DNA of 64,000 bases, taken from NCBI GenBank assembly GCA_001604065.1, contig LVAO01000008.1, forward strand, positions 40,646-104,645. The letters run 5' to 3'. The translations under genes were made by a program, and so were the position numbers. This DNA comes from Clostridiales bacterium Firm_09. GTDB taxonomy: Bacteria; Bacillota; Clostridia; Christensenellales; DTU072. Shown here piece after piece: positions 8,345-19,389 of this stretch (within the stretch, counting starts at the first letter, position 1; every line of letters starts with the position of its first letter). The notes below the pieces were generated by a model. The model was given only the letters and a program-made list of their open reading frames with translations. It did no database searches and was not told where the DNA came from.

Positions 8345-10903
8345 TTATTTGTCGTTTCCGGTCGTTTGCGATTCTGCCGAAACTCTTATTTCGGCTTCTT
8401 CTCCCGCGTCGCATTCCACAGGCGCACCATCGATTTCGTCATATTCGACATTTTCTTCATGCGGCGTCAACGCCATGGCGACCACCTTGCCCTCATCTTT
8501 GAGCTTCATAAGGCGAACGCCCATTGCGCTGCGTCCGTAAGTAGAAATCATGCCCGCCGCGATGCGAATCATCGTACCGTTGTTCGCAATAATAATCAGG
8601 TCGTGATCCTCGTTGACCAATTTGAGATTGACCAGCTTGCCTGTCTTTTCATTGAAACAGCCTGCCTTGATGCCTTTGCCCGCTCTTCCCTGAAGTCTGT
8701 AATCCTCCAGGCTGCTGCGCTTTCCGTATCCGTTCTCCGTAACGGTGACCACTTCGCATCCCTCTTTGATGACGGCCATGTCGACAACAACATCGCCTTC
8801 TTCCAACTTCATACTGCGCACGCCCTGCGAGCCTCTCCCGGTTTTGCGCACATCTTCTTCCTTGAAGCGGATGCATTTGCCTTCTGCGGACGCCATCAGG
8901 ATTTCATCCTGGCCCGTTGTCAGCTCGACCGCTATCAACTCGTCGTCTTCTGTCAGTGTGATGGCAATTTTACCATTGGCCCGTATGCTTTCGAACTCAT
9001 TCAGTGAACATTTTTTGATAAGCCCTTCTCTCGTTGCCATCATCATGTAGCCGTCTTTATAATCCTTGACAGACAAAAGCGCGGTGATTTTTTCACCTTC
9101 CGTCAGCGGCAGAAGATTGACTACGGCGCGCCCTTTGGAAGAACGTGAAGCTTCGGGCACTTCAAAAGCCTTGGTGCTGTATACCTTTCCTTTATTGCTG
9201 AAGAACAGCAGATCATCATGGGTATTGCAGACAAACATCTGCTCGACGAAATCCTCATCCTTGGTTTTATGTGCCGTGACGCCGATCCCTCCACGATTCT
9301 GAAGTTTGTACTCGTCTACGGAGATGCGTTTGACATAACCCAGATAGGTCATAGAAATGACCACATCTTTTTTCTCAATCAGGTCGCCGATGTTTATCTC
9401 AGACATGTCATAGGATAATTCGCTGCGTCTCGGATCGGCATACGTATTGCGTATAAGCGTCAGTTCTGTTTTGATAATTTCACGTACACGATCGGGCTTG
9501 TCCAGTATATCACGGAAATCGGCAATCTCCGCACTTACGGCAGATAGTTCTTCATTGAGTTTTTCTACTTCCAGATTGGTAAGCCGGGACAATTTGGTCT
9601 CCAGGATCGCATTGCCCTGTTTTTCCGAAAGCGAAAAACGCTCCATCAGGCGATTGAGGGCGTCCGTACGCTCCTTGCTTTTCTTGATGATTTCTATGAC
9701 TTCATCAATTTCGGAAATCGCAATGACCAATCCTTTGAGGATATGTTCGCGCTCAAGATCCTTGTTGAGCATATAACGTGTGCGACGGACAACAACCTCT
9801 TTTTGATGTTCAATATAATAATGAAGGATTTCTTTAAGGTTCAGGATCCGGGGCACGCCGTCAACAAGCGCAAGAAGAATGATGCCATTTGAAACCTGAA
9901 GACTGGTCTGTTTATAGAGCGTATTGAGCACAACCTGCGGTTGCGCATCGCGTTTCAATTCGATGACAATACGCATGCCGAAACGATCGGACTCTTCACG
10001 GATATCACTAATGCCATCCAAACGCTTTTCTTTGACTTGGTCCGCGATATCTTTGATAAGACTTGCTTTGTTGACCTGATAAGGTATTTCGGTAACCACG
10101 ATACGGTTGCGTCCGTTATGTTCTTCTATCTCGCAGCGGGAGCGTATAACCACTCCTCCGCGCCCGGTTTCATATGCTTGCCGCACTGCAGCGCGTCCCA
10201 GAACCAAACCGCCTGTGGGATAATCCGGCGATGGGATATACTCCATCAATTCCCCAACCGTCATATCGGGATTATCCAACAGCGCAAGCGTCCCGTTGAT
10301 GACCTCGCTCAGATTATGAGGAGGAATATTGGTTGCCATGCCGACTGCGATGCCTTCGCTCCCATTGACAAGAAGATTGGGATATTTTGCGGGCAGAACC
10401 GTAGGCTGCATCAGCGTATCATCAAAATTCGGGTAAAAATCCACAGTATCTTTATCCAAATCACGAAGCAATTCGCCCGCGATTTTAGAGAGACGCGCTT
10501 CGGTGTATCTCTGCGCTGCAGGCGGATCTCCGTCGACCGAGCCGAAGTTGCCATGTCCGTCTATAAGCGTTGCGCGGATAGAGAAATCCTGCCCCATACG
10601 CACCAATGCTTCATACACAGCAGAATCGCCGTGAGGATGATACTTCCCCAATACTTCGCCAACAATACGCGCACATTTTTTATGCGGTTTATCATAGGTA
10701 TTGCCCAGCTCGTTCATTGCAAAAAGGATCCGTCTTTGCACAGGCTTCAATCCATCGCGCACATCCGGAATGGCGCGGCTGACATTGACCGCCATTGCAT
10801 AGCTGATAAACGACTTGGACATCTCGTCCTGTACATTGACCGGTACGATTTTTGTTTTTGCAAGCGTTTCTTTAATTTTATTTATATCCAGTTTTTTATC
10901 CAT
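8345..10903 (-). CDS. gyrA: DNA gyrase subunit A
   Basis: 852 aa. N-terminal [33 protein letters not shown] and the catalytic-Tyr region [10 protein letters not shown] are canonical GyrA. Confidence 0.97.
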   Translation of the reverse strand: MDKKLDINKIKETLAKTKIVPVNVQDEMSKSFISYAMAVNVSRAIPDVRDGLKPVQRRILFAMNELGNTYDKPHKKCARIVGEVLGKYHPHGDSAVYEALVRMGQDFSIRATLIDGHGNFGSVDGDPPAAQRYTEARLSKIAGELLRDLDKDTVDFYPNFDDTLMQPTVLPAKYPNLLVNGSEGIAVGMATNIPPHNLSEVINGTLALLDNPDMTVGELMEYIPSPDYPTGGLVLGRAAVRQAYETGRGGVVIRSRCEIEEHNGRNRIVVTEIPYQVNKASLIKDIADQVKEKRLDGISDIREESDRFGMRIVIELKRDAQPQVVLNTLYKQTSLQVSNGIILLALVDGVPRILNLKEILHYYIEHQKEVVVRRTRYMLNKDLEREHILKGLVIAISEIDEVIEIIKKSKERTDALNRLMERFSLSEKQGNAILETKLSRLTNLEVEKLNEELSAVSAEIADFRDILDKPDRVREIIKTELTLIRNTYADPRRSELSYDMSEINIGDLIEKKDVVISMTYLGYVKRISVDEYKLQNRGGIGVTAHKTKDEDFVEQMFVCNTHDDLLFFSNKGKVYSTKAFEVPEASRSSKGRAVVNLLPLTEGEKITALLSVKDYKDGYMMMATREGLIKKCSLNEFESIRANGKIAITLTEDDELIAVELTTGQDEILMASAEGKCIRFKEEDVRKTGRGSQGVRSMKLEEGDVVVDMAVIKEGCEVVTVTENGYGKRSSLEDYRLQGRAGKGIKAGCFNEKTGKLVNLKLVNEDHDLIIIANNGTMIRIAAGMISTYGRSAMGVRLMKLKDEGKVVAMALTPHEENVEYDEIDGAPVECDAGEEAEIRVSAESQTTGNDK

Positions 10904-10904
10904 A

Positions 10905-12851
<1,947 letters not shown>

Positions 12852-12852
12852 T

Positions 12853-12884
12853 TATATTATACCATAAATATATATAAGTGTATA
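12853..12884 (-). promoter_or_regulatory. Putative gyrB-gyrA promoter with extended -10
   Basis: The minus strand reads TATACA (weak -35), a 17-nt spacer, then TGGTATAAT (-10 hexamer = 12856-12861). The leader to the gyrB ATG is about 37 nt. Confidence 0.45.
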
Positions 12885-13082
12885 ATAAATTTATATATAT
12901 GCAGAACGTTATATGTGCAAACTGCGTATATTTGCGCATACGGAATCCTTTTCCCGCAATTTTTGTTTTTTGATATTCCGAAAAGAAAAATTCCGCGCTG
13001 GTTCCGGATACCGGAAAGTTCGTTTTTTATATCCTTTTTTGTCGGTTTTGTTCTATCCAGAAATTGCTTTCATATCTTAAAA

Positions 13083-13103
13083 TGTGGATAACTCGGTGGA
13101 TAA
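13083..13103. promoter_or_regulatory. DnaA box pair (one perfect, one 8/9)
   Basis: TGTGGATAA (13083-13091) is a perfect complement of TTATCCACA. GGTGGATAA (13095-13103) has one mismatch. Same orientation, 3-nt gap. Confidence 0.65.
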
Positions 13104-13216
13104 CTTGCCGTTTTGTTGACAACTCCGGCGCAAAAACGGAATGTATGTGTCGGAATTTGTAAAATCCGGCCTTAGCGGGTTCCCAAATCCAAAAAAATTT
13201 TCGTTCTGGAGGAACT

Positions 13217-13912
13217 ATGTTCATTGTGATTAAAAAAAGGATGTTGGCGCTGGCTGCGGGGATTCTCGTTGTTGTTCTGCTTTGCGCAGGTGCAACAGCG
13301 GGCGCGCTTGCCTTTTCTCCCGATACGGATGTCGTCGTTGTTCTGGATGCCGGCCATGGCGGAATTGATGATGGATGTATCGGAGTAAACAGCAAGGTAT
13401 CCGAGGCTGAAATCAATCTCATCCTTGCAAAAAAAATCGCTTCTTTTTTGAAGGAGCAGGGTGTCACCGTCGTGCTGACGCGTGAAAATGAAAAAGGTCT
13501 GTATACGGAAACAGGCCGTTTCAAAAGCCAGGATATGGCCGCTCGCAAAAAAATCATCCTTGATTCCGCGCCGAAGCTTGTCGTCAGCATCCATTGCAAC
13601 AAGTTTCCGGATTCTTCCAGGCGCGGAGCGCAGGTTTTTTATGAACCTCTGAGCGAACAAGGCAAAGCGCTTGCGGATTCGCTTCAAAACAATTTGAATA
13701 CCTTGAATGCAGAATACGTTCAAAGAAGTTTTACGGCATTGAAAGGCGATTATTATATTCTCAACTGCAGCAAATATCCCTCTGCGATCGTGGAATGCGG
13801 ATTCCTTTCCAATCCGGAGGACGACGCGCTTCTCAACAATGAAGACTATCGGAACAAACTGGCATACCGCATTTTTTGCGGAATCCTGGGATATCTGGCT
13901 ACGGAAGAGTAA
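13217..13912 (+). CDS. cwlD: N-acetylmuramoyl-L-alanine amidase, CwlD-like (Amidase_3)
   Basis: N-terminal TM segment, then VVLDAGHGGIDDG ... SIHCN ... ECGFLSNPED, colinear with Bacillus CwlD. GGAGG SD. Confidence 0.7.
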   Translation: MFIVIKKRMLALAAGILVVVLLCAGATAGALAFSPDTDVVVVLDAGHGGIDDGCIGVNSKVSEAEINLILAKKIASFLKEQGVTVVLTRENEKGLYTETGRFKSQDMAARKKIILDSAPKLVVSIHCNKFPDSSRRGAQVFYEPLSEQGKALADSLQNNLNTLNAEYVQRSFTALKGDYYILNCSKYPSAIVECGFLSNPEDDALLNNEDYRNKLAYRIFCGILGYLATEE

Positions 13913-13945
13913 CTTTTCCCTCAAGGGCGAAACGGAAGGTTTTGC

Positions 13946-14683
13946 TTATTCGTATTCGCCGTTTCCGTCTTCCGCTCCGTCTTCCGCAATCCGGAATGTC
14001 GGAGGTACCGTGATTGCTTTCATCAGATTGGATTTATTGAAGCTGAAGCTTTTGTCGCGGTATACGATGATGTGGTCTAAAAACGCAATTCCCAAGCTCT
14101 CAAGAAGCTTGCGGAGCGCCTGCGTCGCCTGCATATCGTCAAAGGAAGGCGTGATTTCTCCGGAAGGATGATTATGCCCTACAATAACACCGGAGCTCTG
14201 CGCACCCAGAACATGATCCGCAATCAATCTCATACTGATTTCGGCGCGCGATGGCTCATTCATAGAAAATGTTTTGGCACGGATCACTCTTTTTTTGCTG
14301 TCCAAACATATCACAAGAAATTCTTCATGAAGAAGATGCCCGATTCGCTCACAGATATACCGGCTGGCCTCTTCATAATTGGATAATACACAGCTTCTGC
14401 AGGCGCCTTCGATTTTTGCGCGTGATACGGCAGGATAATAAATGGGAAAATGAAATGCGGCGCCTTTGGGCATGCCGGGTACGGAAAGAAGATCCCTTTC
14501 GGACGCATTAAAAACACCATCCAGTGAACCGAATACTTTAAGAAGTTCTATGGCAATCGGTTTGGTGTCCTTGCGAGGCACATAGGGATACAGCATCAGT
14601 TCCAGCAGTTCATGCGGTTCAAAATTGTCAATTCCTTCCAATCGGGCTCTGTTCTTTACACGTTGTCGTCTTCCCTCAGCCAT
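13946..14683 (-). CDS. radC: RadC-family JAB-domain protein
   Basis: HhH region (ELLELML ... LLKVFGSL) and JAMM motif GHNHPSGEITPSFDD. The ATG at 14683 has an AAGGAG SD and is preferred over the TTG at 14698. Confidence 0.85.
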   Translation of the reverse strand: MAEGRRQRVKNRARLEGIDNFEPHELLELMLYPYVPRKDTKPIAIELLKVFGSLDGVFNASERDLLSVPGMPKGAAFHFPIYYPAVSRAKIEGACRSCVLSNYEEASRYICERIGHLLHEEFLVICLDSKKRVIRAKTFSMNEPSRAEISMRLIADHVLGAQSSGVIVGHNHPSGEITPSFDDMQATQALRKLLESLGIAFLDHIIVYRDKSFSFNKSNLMKAITVPPTFRIAEDGAEDGNGEYE

Positions 14684-14963
14684 ACTTCTCCTTTGCACTC
14701 ATATAGACAACTTGAAATGTCTGATTTGTCTTTTTTCTTATAATCAATCATTCTTGCCCGTTTCTATTTTTCACCTGGCATCCCAAAAATGCAGAAAACC
14801 AGAAAAAATTCATTTTTGATAAAAGCATTAATGGGGCTGTCATCCGATTGTTCTACAAAGCATCCAAATGATGTTCTTATAAAAATTGTAACACAAGCTC
14901 AAATAATTGTGTATAATTATTTTACAAGAATCATTTATCAAGAAACAGCGTACGAGGTTAAAA

Positions 14964-16262
14964 ATGAAAACAGATCTGAAAACGGCTGTCCGTGTCTTGT
15001 CCGATCTGATAAAGATCGACAGCGTAGAATCTGCGCCCTTGCCGGGGATGCCATTTGGAGAAGGCAATGCGGCTGCGCTCCGATACACGCTGGACCTGTT
15101 GAAAAATTTCGGCTTCCGGACCGCAAACATCGACAACTACTGCGGCTGGGGCGAAATCGGAGAGGGCGAACTTTTTGGCATTCTCGGTCATCTGGACGTT
15201 GTCCCCGCCGGCAAGGGATGGACACATGCGCCCTTCGGCGCCGAAATTGAAGACGGAAAATTGTTTGGCCGCGGCGCCATGGATGACAAAGGCCCTGTCA
15301 TTGCCTCCGTTTTTGCCTGTGCGCGCTTGCTGCAGGAAGGCAAGATACCCAAAAAACGTATACGCTTTATTTTGGGATGCGATGAAGAAAGCGGATGGAA
15401 ATGTATGGAACGCTACAAAATTACGGAAGAAATGCCCATTATGGGGTTTTCTCCGGATGCGGACTTCCCCGTTATCAACTGCGAAAAGGGAATCGTTTAT
15501 CATAAAATCAGCTTTCCCCTGCCGCGCGGTGTTTATGCCATAGAAGCAGGCACCCGCGCAAATGTCGTTCCCGATTACGCCGAAGCTTATTGCGACTATG
15601 ATCCCGATATCCAAGAAACCGCGCTTTCCGGCGGCTGCCTGTGCGAACGGGAAGGAGAAAGAATACGCCTTTATGCAAAAGGCAAATCTGCCCACGGAAG
15701 CCAGCCCTCTCTAGGAAAAAATGCCTTATTGCTTATTCTGAAAGCACTGGGTGCCGCATACGTCGAATTCAATGCGTTGTACAATGCATTCTCTTTGACG
15801 GATGGCTCCGGTGTCGGTCTGAAGCTTCATGACGATAAAAGCGGTCCTCTTACGCTCAATTTAGGCACGGCAAAAACAGCGGACGGAGAGGCCATTTTCG
15901 AACTTGATATACGATATCCCGTTACTTATACGATGAATCTGATTACGGATATCTTAAAATCCTCTCTCCCTCTTTTTGATATTGATCGGGAGGATTATCA
16001 TCTTCCGCTTTATGTTGCGCCGGATCATCCCCTTGTCACAGCACTTCTGAAAGCATACGACTCTGTCATGGGCACCAGAAGCAATCCTATTTCCATCGGA
16101 GGCGGCACCTATGCGCGCTTTCTTCCCGTCGGCGTAGCCTTCGGCCCCGAATTTCCCGGATCCAGCGCTCCCATTCACCAGGCAGACGAATATATTGATC
16201 TTAAAGAATTTGAAAAATCCATAGAAATCTATTCCAACGCAATCAAAAACATCTGTTTTTAG
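14964..16262 (+). CDS. pepV: M20-family dipeptidase (PepV/Sapep-like)
   Basis: Contains GHLDVVPAG.GW, FGRGAMDDKGP and CDEESG motifs. The ATG at 14964 is preceded by GAGGT. The upstream in-frame extension lacks an SD. Confidence 0.8.
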   Translation: MKTDLKTAVRVLSDLIKIDSVESAPLPGMPFGEGNAAALRYTLDLLKNFGFRTANIDNYCGWGEIGEGELFGILGHLDVVPAGKGWTHAPFGAEIEDGKLFGRGAMDDKGPVIASVFACARLLQEGKIPKKRIRFILGCDEESGWKCMERYKITEEMPIMGFSPDADFPVINCEKGIVYHKISFPLPRGVYAIEAGTRANVVPDYAEAYCDYDPDIQETALSGGCLCEREGERIRLYAKGKSAHGSQPSLGKNALLLILKALGAAYVEFNALYNAFSLTDGSGVGLKLHDDKSGPLTLNLGTAKTADGEAIFELDIRYPVTYTMNLITDILKSSLPLFDIDREDYHLPLYVAPDHPLVTALLKAYDSVMGTRSNPISIGGGTYARFLPVGVAFGPEFPGSSAPIHQADEYIDLKEFEKSIEIYSNAIKNICF

Positions 16263-16283
16263 CTGTTTTTTTAATATTTTTCT

Positions 16284-16299
16284 TGTTCCTCGTGAAACA
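16284..16299. promoter_or_regulatory. parS-like centromere site (15/16 match)
   Basis: TGTTCCTCGTGAAACA versus TGTTCCACGTGAAACA. One mismatch at position 7. A degenerate half-site GTGAAACA also lies at 16460-16467. Confidence 0.6.
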
Positions 16300-16344
16300 T
16301 CCGTTTGTTCTACGTTAAACATAACATACTATTCTATGCAAATT

Positions 16345-16389
16345 ATCCCCGATTTTATGTGAAAATCATATTATTTTCGGGGATTTTTC
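16345..16389 (+). terminator. Possible pepV terminator (8-bp stem, large loop)
   Basis: ATCCCCGA ... TCGGGGAT stem with a 24-nt loop, followed by TTTTT. Confidence 0.4.
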
Positions 16390-16533
16390 TATTTTTCATA
16401 TTCTATAAAATTACGATAACTCCCCCTGAAAATTTCAGCCCGTTTTTTTATGGTTTATTGTGAAACAATTTTATCTACGGTTGTCCATCGCATGCAGATG
16501 CCATAACGGTGATGCAACAAAAACGAAAAGAAT

Positions 16534-16567
16534 AAAAAAAGCACTCGTGTCCGGAGTGCTTCTTTTT
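16534..16567 (-). terminator. Intrinsic terminator after dnaN (bidirectional shape)
   Basis: AGCACTC-GTGTCCG-GAGTGCT flanked by an A-run and a T-run, 13 nt beyond the dnaN stop. Confidence 0.7.
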
Positions 16568-16579
16568 ACTTATAAATGT

Positions 16580-17686
16580 TTACCCGACCAAGCGGACCGG
16601 GAGAATGATATATTTGAATTTTTCTCCTTCCAGAGGAAGAATCAATGCCGGTGCGCATGAACCATTGAATTCGATCCTGATATAATCTTCTTTGATATGA
16701 TTGAAAGCATCAAAAAGGAAACGGCTGTTGAATGCGATTTCCAGATCTTTTCCTTCTGTTTTGCATATTACATTCTCTCGGAAATTGCCGACTTCGGAAT
16801 TGCTTTTTATCGTAATCATACCGTTGCCGATGGAGAGCTTGGAATAATTGTTTTTCATATCTCGGGCAATCAGGAAAGCTCTGCCCAGGCCGTTCTCTAT
16901 TTCTGTTTTATTGACGACGACGGACGTCTGTTTTGAAACAGGGATGATTTTTTCGTACTGCAGAAATTCTCCCTCCATCAATCTGGCGGTAATTCTGGTA
17001 TGGCCAAGATCAAACATGATATTGTTTTTTTGGATATTTACTTTAATGATGTCATCTGAATCGGTCAGAACCTTTGTTATTTCCGACAGATTCTTGCCGG
17101 GGATGATAATTTTAATATCGCCATGATATTCTTTCACGCTGCATTTTGTGATTGCCAGGCGATAACCGTCCAAAGCCACCGCAGTCAATACCGCATCTTT
17201 TACCTCTATAAGACATCCTTTTAATATGGGACGCGAATCCTCCACCGCGACACAAAAAACAGTGCGTTCCAAGGTATCTTTGAGGTCTCCCTCGCGGATT
17301 GTAAAATAACTGTCATCATCAATTTGACGTATCTCCGGGTAAGTATCTTCATTCATACATTGAATGGTCGTTTCGTTTTCTGCGTAATGGATATTAAGAA
17401 GATTATTACCTACCTTTTCTATAGAAATAGTATCTAAATCAGTCAGTTTCCGGATGAACTCTGTAAAGATTCTGCCTGAAACGACAAGCTCTCCTTCCAA
17501 CAGGATCTCTGCGGGCATTTTCTTTTCGATAAACATTTCCATATCCGTTGCGGTGAGAGTCAGTGTGGTGCCCTGCGCATAAATATTGATGCCTTCCAGA
17601 ATTGGTATGGTCGGTTTGTTCGGTATGGCTTTTGATACGATATTCAGCGCTTCGGAGAGAGCGAGAGGATTGCAGACAAATTTCAT
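16580..17686 (-). CDS. dnaN: DNA polymerase III beta sliding clamp
   Basis: 368 aa, N-terminus MKF.C....L.....V.KAI, three-domain length, immediately downstream of dnaA. AGGAG SD. Confidence 0.95.
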   Translation of the reverse strand: MKFVCNPLALSEALNIVSKAIPNKPTIPILEGINIYAQGTTLTLTATDMEMFIEKKMPAEILLEGELVVSGRIFTEFIRKLTDLDTISIEKVGNNLLNIHYAENETTIQCMNEDTYPEIRQIDDDSYFTIREGDLKDTLERTVFCVAVEDSRPILKGCLIEVKDAVLTAVALDGYRLAITKCSVKEYHGDIKIIIPGKNLSEITKVLTDSDDIIKVNIQKNNIMFDLGHTRITARLMEGEFLQYEKIIPVSKQTSVVVNKTEIENGLGRAFLIARDMKNNYSKLSIGNGMITIKSNSEVGNFRENVICKTEGKDLEIAFNSRFLFDAFNHIKEDYIRIEFNGSCAPALILPLEGEKFKYIILPVRLVG

Positions 17687-17869
17687 AGTGGCTCCTTCGT
17701 GTATTTTATTTTAATTCGATTCAATAATAAATATAAGCAGCGTGGATATGTGGATTACTCGATTTCGGATAAGAAAGGAACGAAGTTTGTTGCATTTTGA
17801 TAAAATTCTTAGCCGGCGGATGTTGATAATATGTCGATAAAACGAGGAAGAGTTGTCGACATATCTACA
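17687..17869. other. Candidate oriC segment (DnaA-box-like repeats plus AT-rich unwinding tract) in the dnaA-dnaN spacer
   Basis: On the dnaA-sense strand: TAATCCACA (17749-17757), ATATCCACG (17741-17749), TTATCAACA (17821-17829), TTATCGACA (17832-17840), and weaker TTATCCGAA (17764-17772) and TTATCAAAA (17795-17803). All share one orientation. An AT-rich tract at 17702-17737 lies next to dnaN. Confidence 0.55.
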
Positions 17870-19252
17870 TCATAGGTTAAGCATGCCTTTGATATCCTTG
17901 ATTTGGCGCGCTACTTCTTTGCTTTCTTTTTGTGCGGCAAGAATTTTATCGCGGGAATGAATGATGGTCGTATGATCTCTTCCGCCAAACAGCTGGCCGA
18001 TTGTTACCAAGGGCAAGGAAAGCAATTCTGTAATCAGGAAGATAGCAATCATGCGAGCTTCGACAATATCCTTTGTCTTTTTTTTGCTGATGATATCGCT
18101 TTTTCCTATATGGAAATAGCTGCAGACAGCGTTGATGATGTCCGAGCTGTCGAGACCGACTTTTTTCTGCTGGTTGTTTTTTAATGCTTCTTTCGCGGTA
18201 TTGATATCCGGATACGGTTTGTTGATCAGGTTCGCATAAAGAATGACTTTCGATAGGGCTCCTTCCAGTTCCCGGATGTTGCTGTCAAACTGCTCGGCGA
18301 GATAGTAGACAACGTCGTCGTTAACGGCAAGTTTTTCCAGAAGCATTTTTTTGCGGATAATGGCAATGCGCATCTCCAGATTGGGTGCACCCACATCCGC
18401 CAGCAGCCCGCCCTCAAATCTGGAGCGGAGTCTGTCTTCCAGAGTGCCGATTTCTTTTGGAGGGCGATCGCTTGTCAGGATGATTTGCTTGCCGTTTTGG
18501 TACAACTCATTGAAAATATGGAAGACGACATCCTGGAGGCCCGTTTTCTTTTGTAAAAACTGTACATCGTCAATCATTAAAACGTCGACGTTGCGATATT
18601 TTTCGCGGAAGCTCCGGAAGGTGAACGAACCTTTTTCTCCTTCTTTGTTGTTGCTGATGGCCTCGATATAATCGTTCGTCAGTTTTTCTGTCGGGATATA
18701 AAGAACTTTTAATTCCGGATGATTTTCTGTGATGTAATTGCCGATAGAATGCAGGAGATGGGTTTTGCCGAGACCGACATCGCCGTAAATAAACAACGGG
18801 TTAAAACTCAAAAAGCCTTCGGCCGAGCCGGGATTCTGCGCGACGGATTGTGACGCATGATAGGCCAATTTATTGGATTCGCCCACGACAAAATTGTCAA
18901 ACGTGTAGCGGGCGATGAACTGCGGCTGTTTTTTTTGCGCAGGCGCTTCCATTTGCGGCGCATTGCGACGTGCAGCGTCGATTTCTGAGGCATACAGGCC
19001 GGTTTCTTCATCAATGATTACGTCGACGTCGATCAAAGAAGATCTGGTCTTGTCCAGCGCTTTGCGTATGATATCTTTATAATTCTTGTTGACGGTGATT
19101 TTTGCGTGCAGCGACGGCGCAAGCAGAATCAGCGTGTTGTCCTTGACACAGATAGGCGTCAGGCTGTCCATCCAAAGCATATACGCGACCGCCGTAATCT
19201 CGCTGGAAACGTAAGAAAGCGTTTCTTTCCATATCTTATTAATATCAATCAT
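17870..19252 (-). CDS. dnaA: Chromosomal replication initiator DnaA
   Basis: 460 aa. Contains the Walker A motif GDVGLGKTHLL, IDDVQFL, the sensor region and the C-terminal DNA-binding motif GGRDHTTIIHS. An in-frame TGA lies 33 nt upstream, so the ATG at 19252 is the only available start. Confidence 0.97.
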   Translation of the reverse strand: MIDINKIWKETLSYVSSEITAVAYMLWMDSLTPICVKDNTLILLAPSLHAKITVNKNYKDIIRKALDKTRSSLIDVDVIIDEETGLYASEIDAARRNAPQMEAPAQKKQPQFIARYTFDNFVVGESNKLAYHASQSVAQNPGSAEGFLSFNPLFIYGDVGLGKTHLLHSIGNYITENHPELKVLYIPTEKLTNDYIEAISNNKEGEKGSFTFRSFREKYRNVDVLMIDDVQFLQKKTGLQDVVFHIFNELYQNGKQIILTSDRPPKEIGTLEDRLRSRFEGGLLADVGAPNLEMRIAIIRKKMLLEKLAVNDDVVYYLAEQFDSNIRELEGALSKVILYANLINKPYPDINTAKEALKNNQQKKVGLDSSDIINAVCSYFHIGKSDIISKKKTKDIVEARMIAIFLITELLSLPLVTIGQLFGGRDHTTIIHSRDKILAAQKESKEVARQIKDIKGMLNL

Positions 19253-19261
19253 AGTAGGTAT

Positions 19262-19289
19262 ATTATACCATATTGAGCCAGAATTTCAA
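19262..19289 (-). promoter_or_regulatory. Putative dnaA promoter (extended -10) only 9 nt from the start codon
   Basis: The minus strand reads TTGAAA (19284-19289), a 16-nt spacer, then TGGTATAAT (19262-19270), then ATACCTACT and ATG. No GGAGG-like sequence lies in between. Confidence 0.5.
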
Positions 19290-19321
19290 TCATTAAACCG
19301 CTTTTATGAGAAAAATAAGAC

Positions 19322-19343
19322 GGAAAACTCCCAGCAGTTTTCC
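19322..19343 (-). terminator. Terminator of the VTC/DUF4956/beta-helix operon
   Basis: GGAAAACT / AGTTTTCC 8-bp stem with a 6-nt loop. On the minus strand it is followed by GTCTTATTTTT. It lies 47 nt after the stop at 19390. Confidence 0.6.
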
Positions 19344-19389
19344 CACGATTCTGCCTTTTGAGAACAGAAAGAATCCGCTTTTCGAGAGG

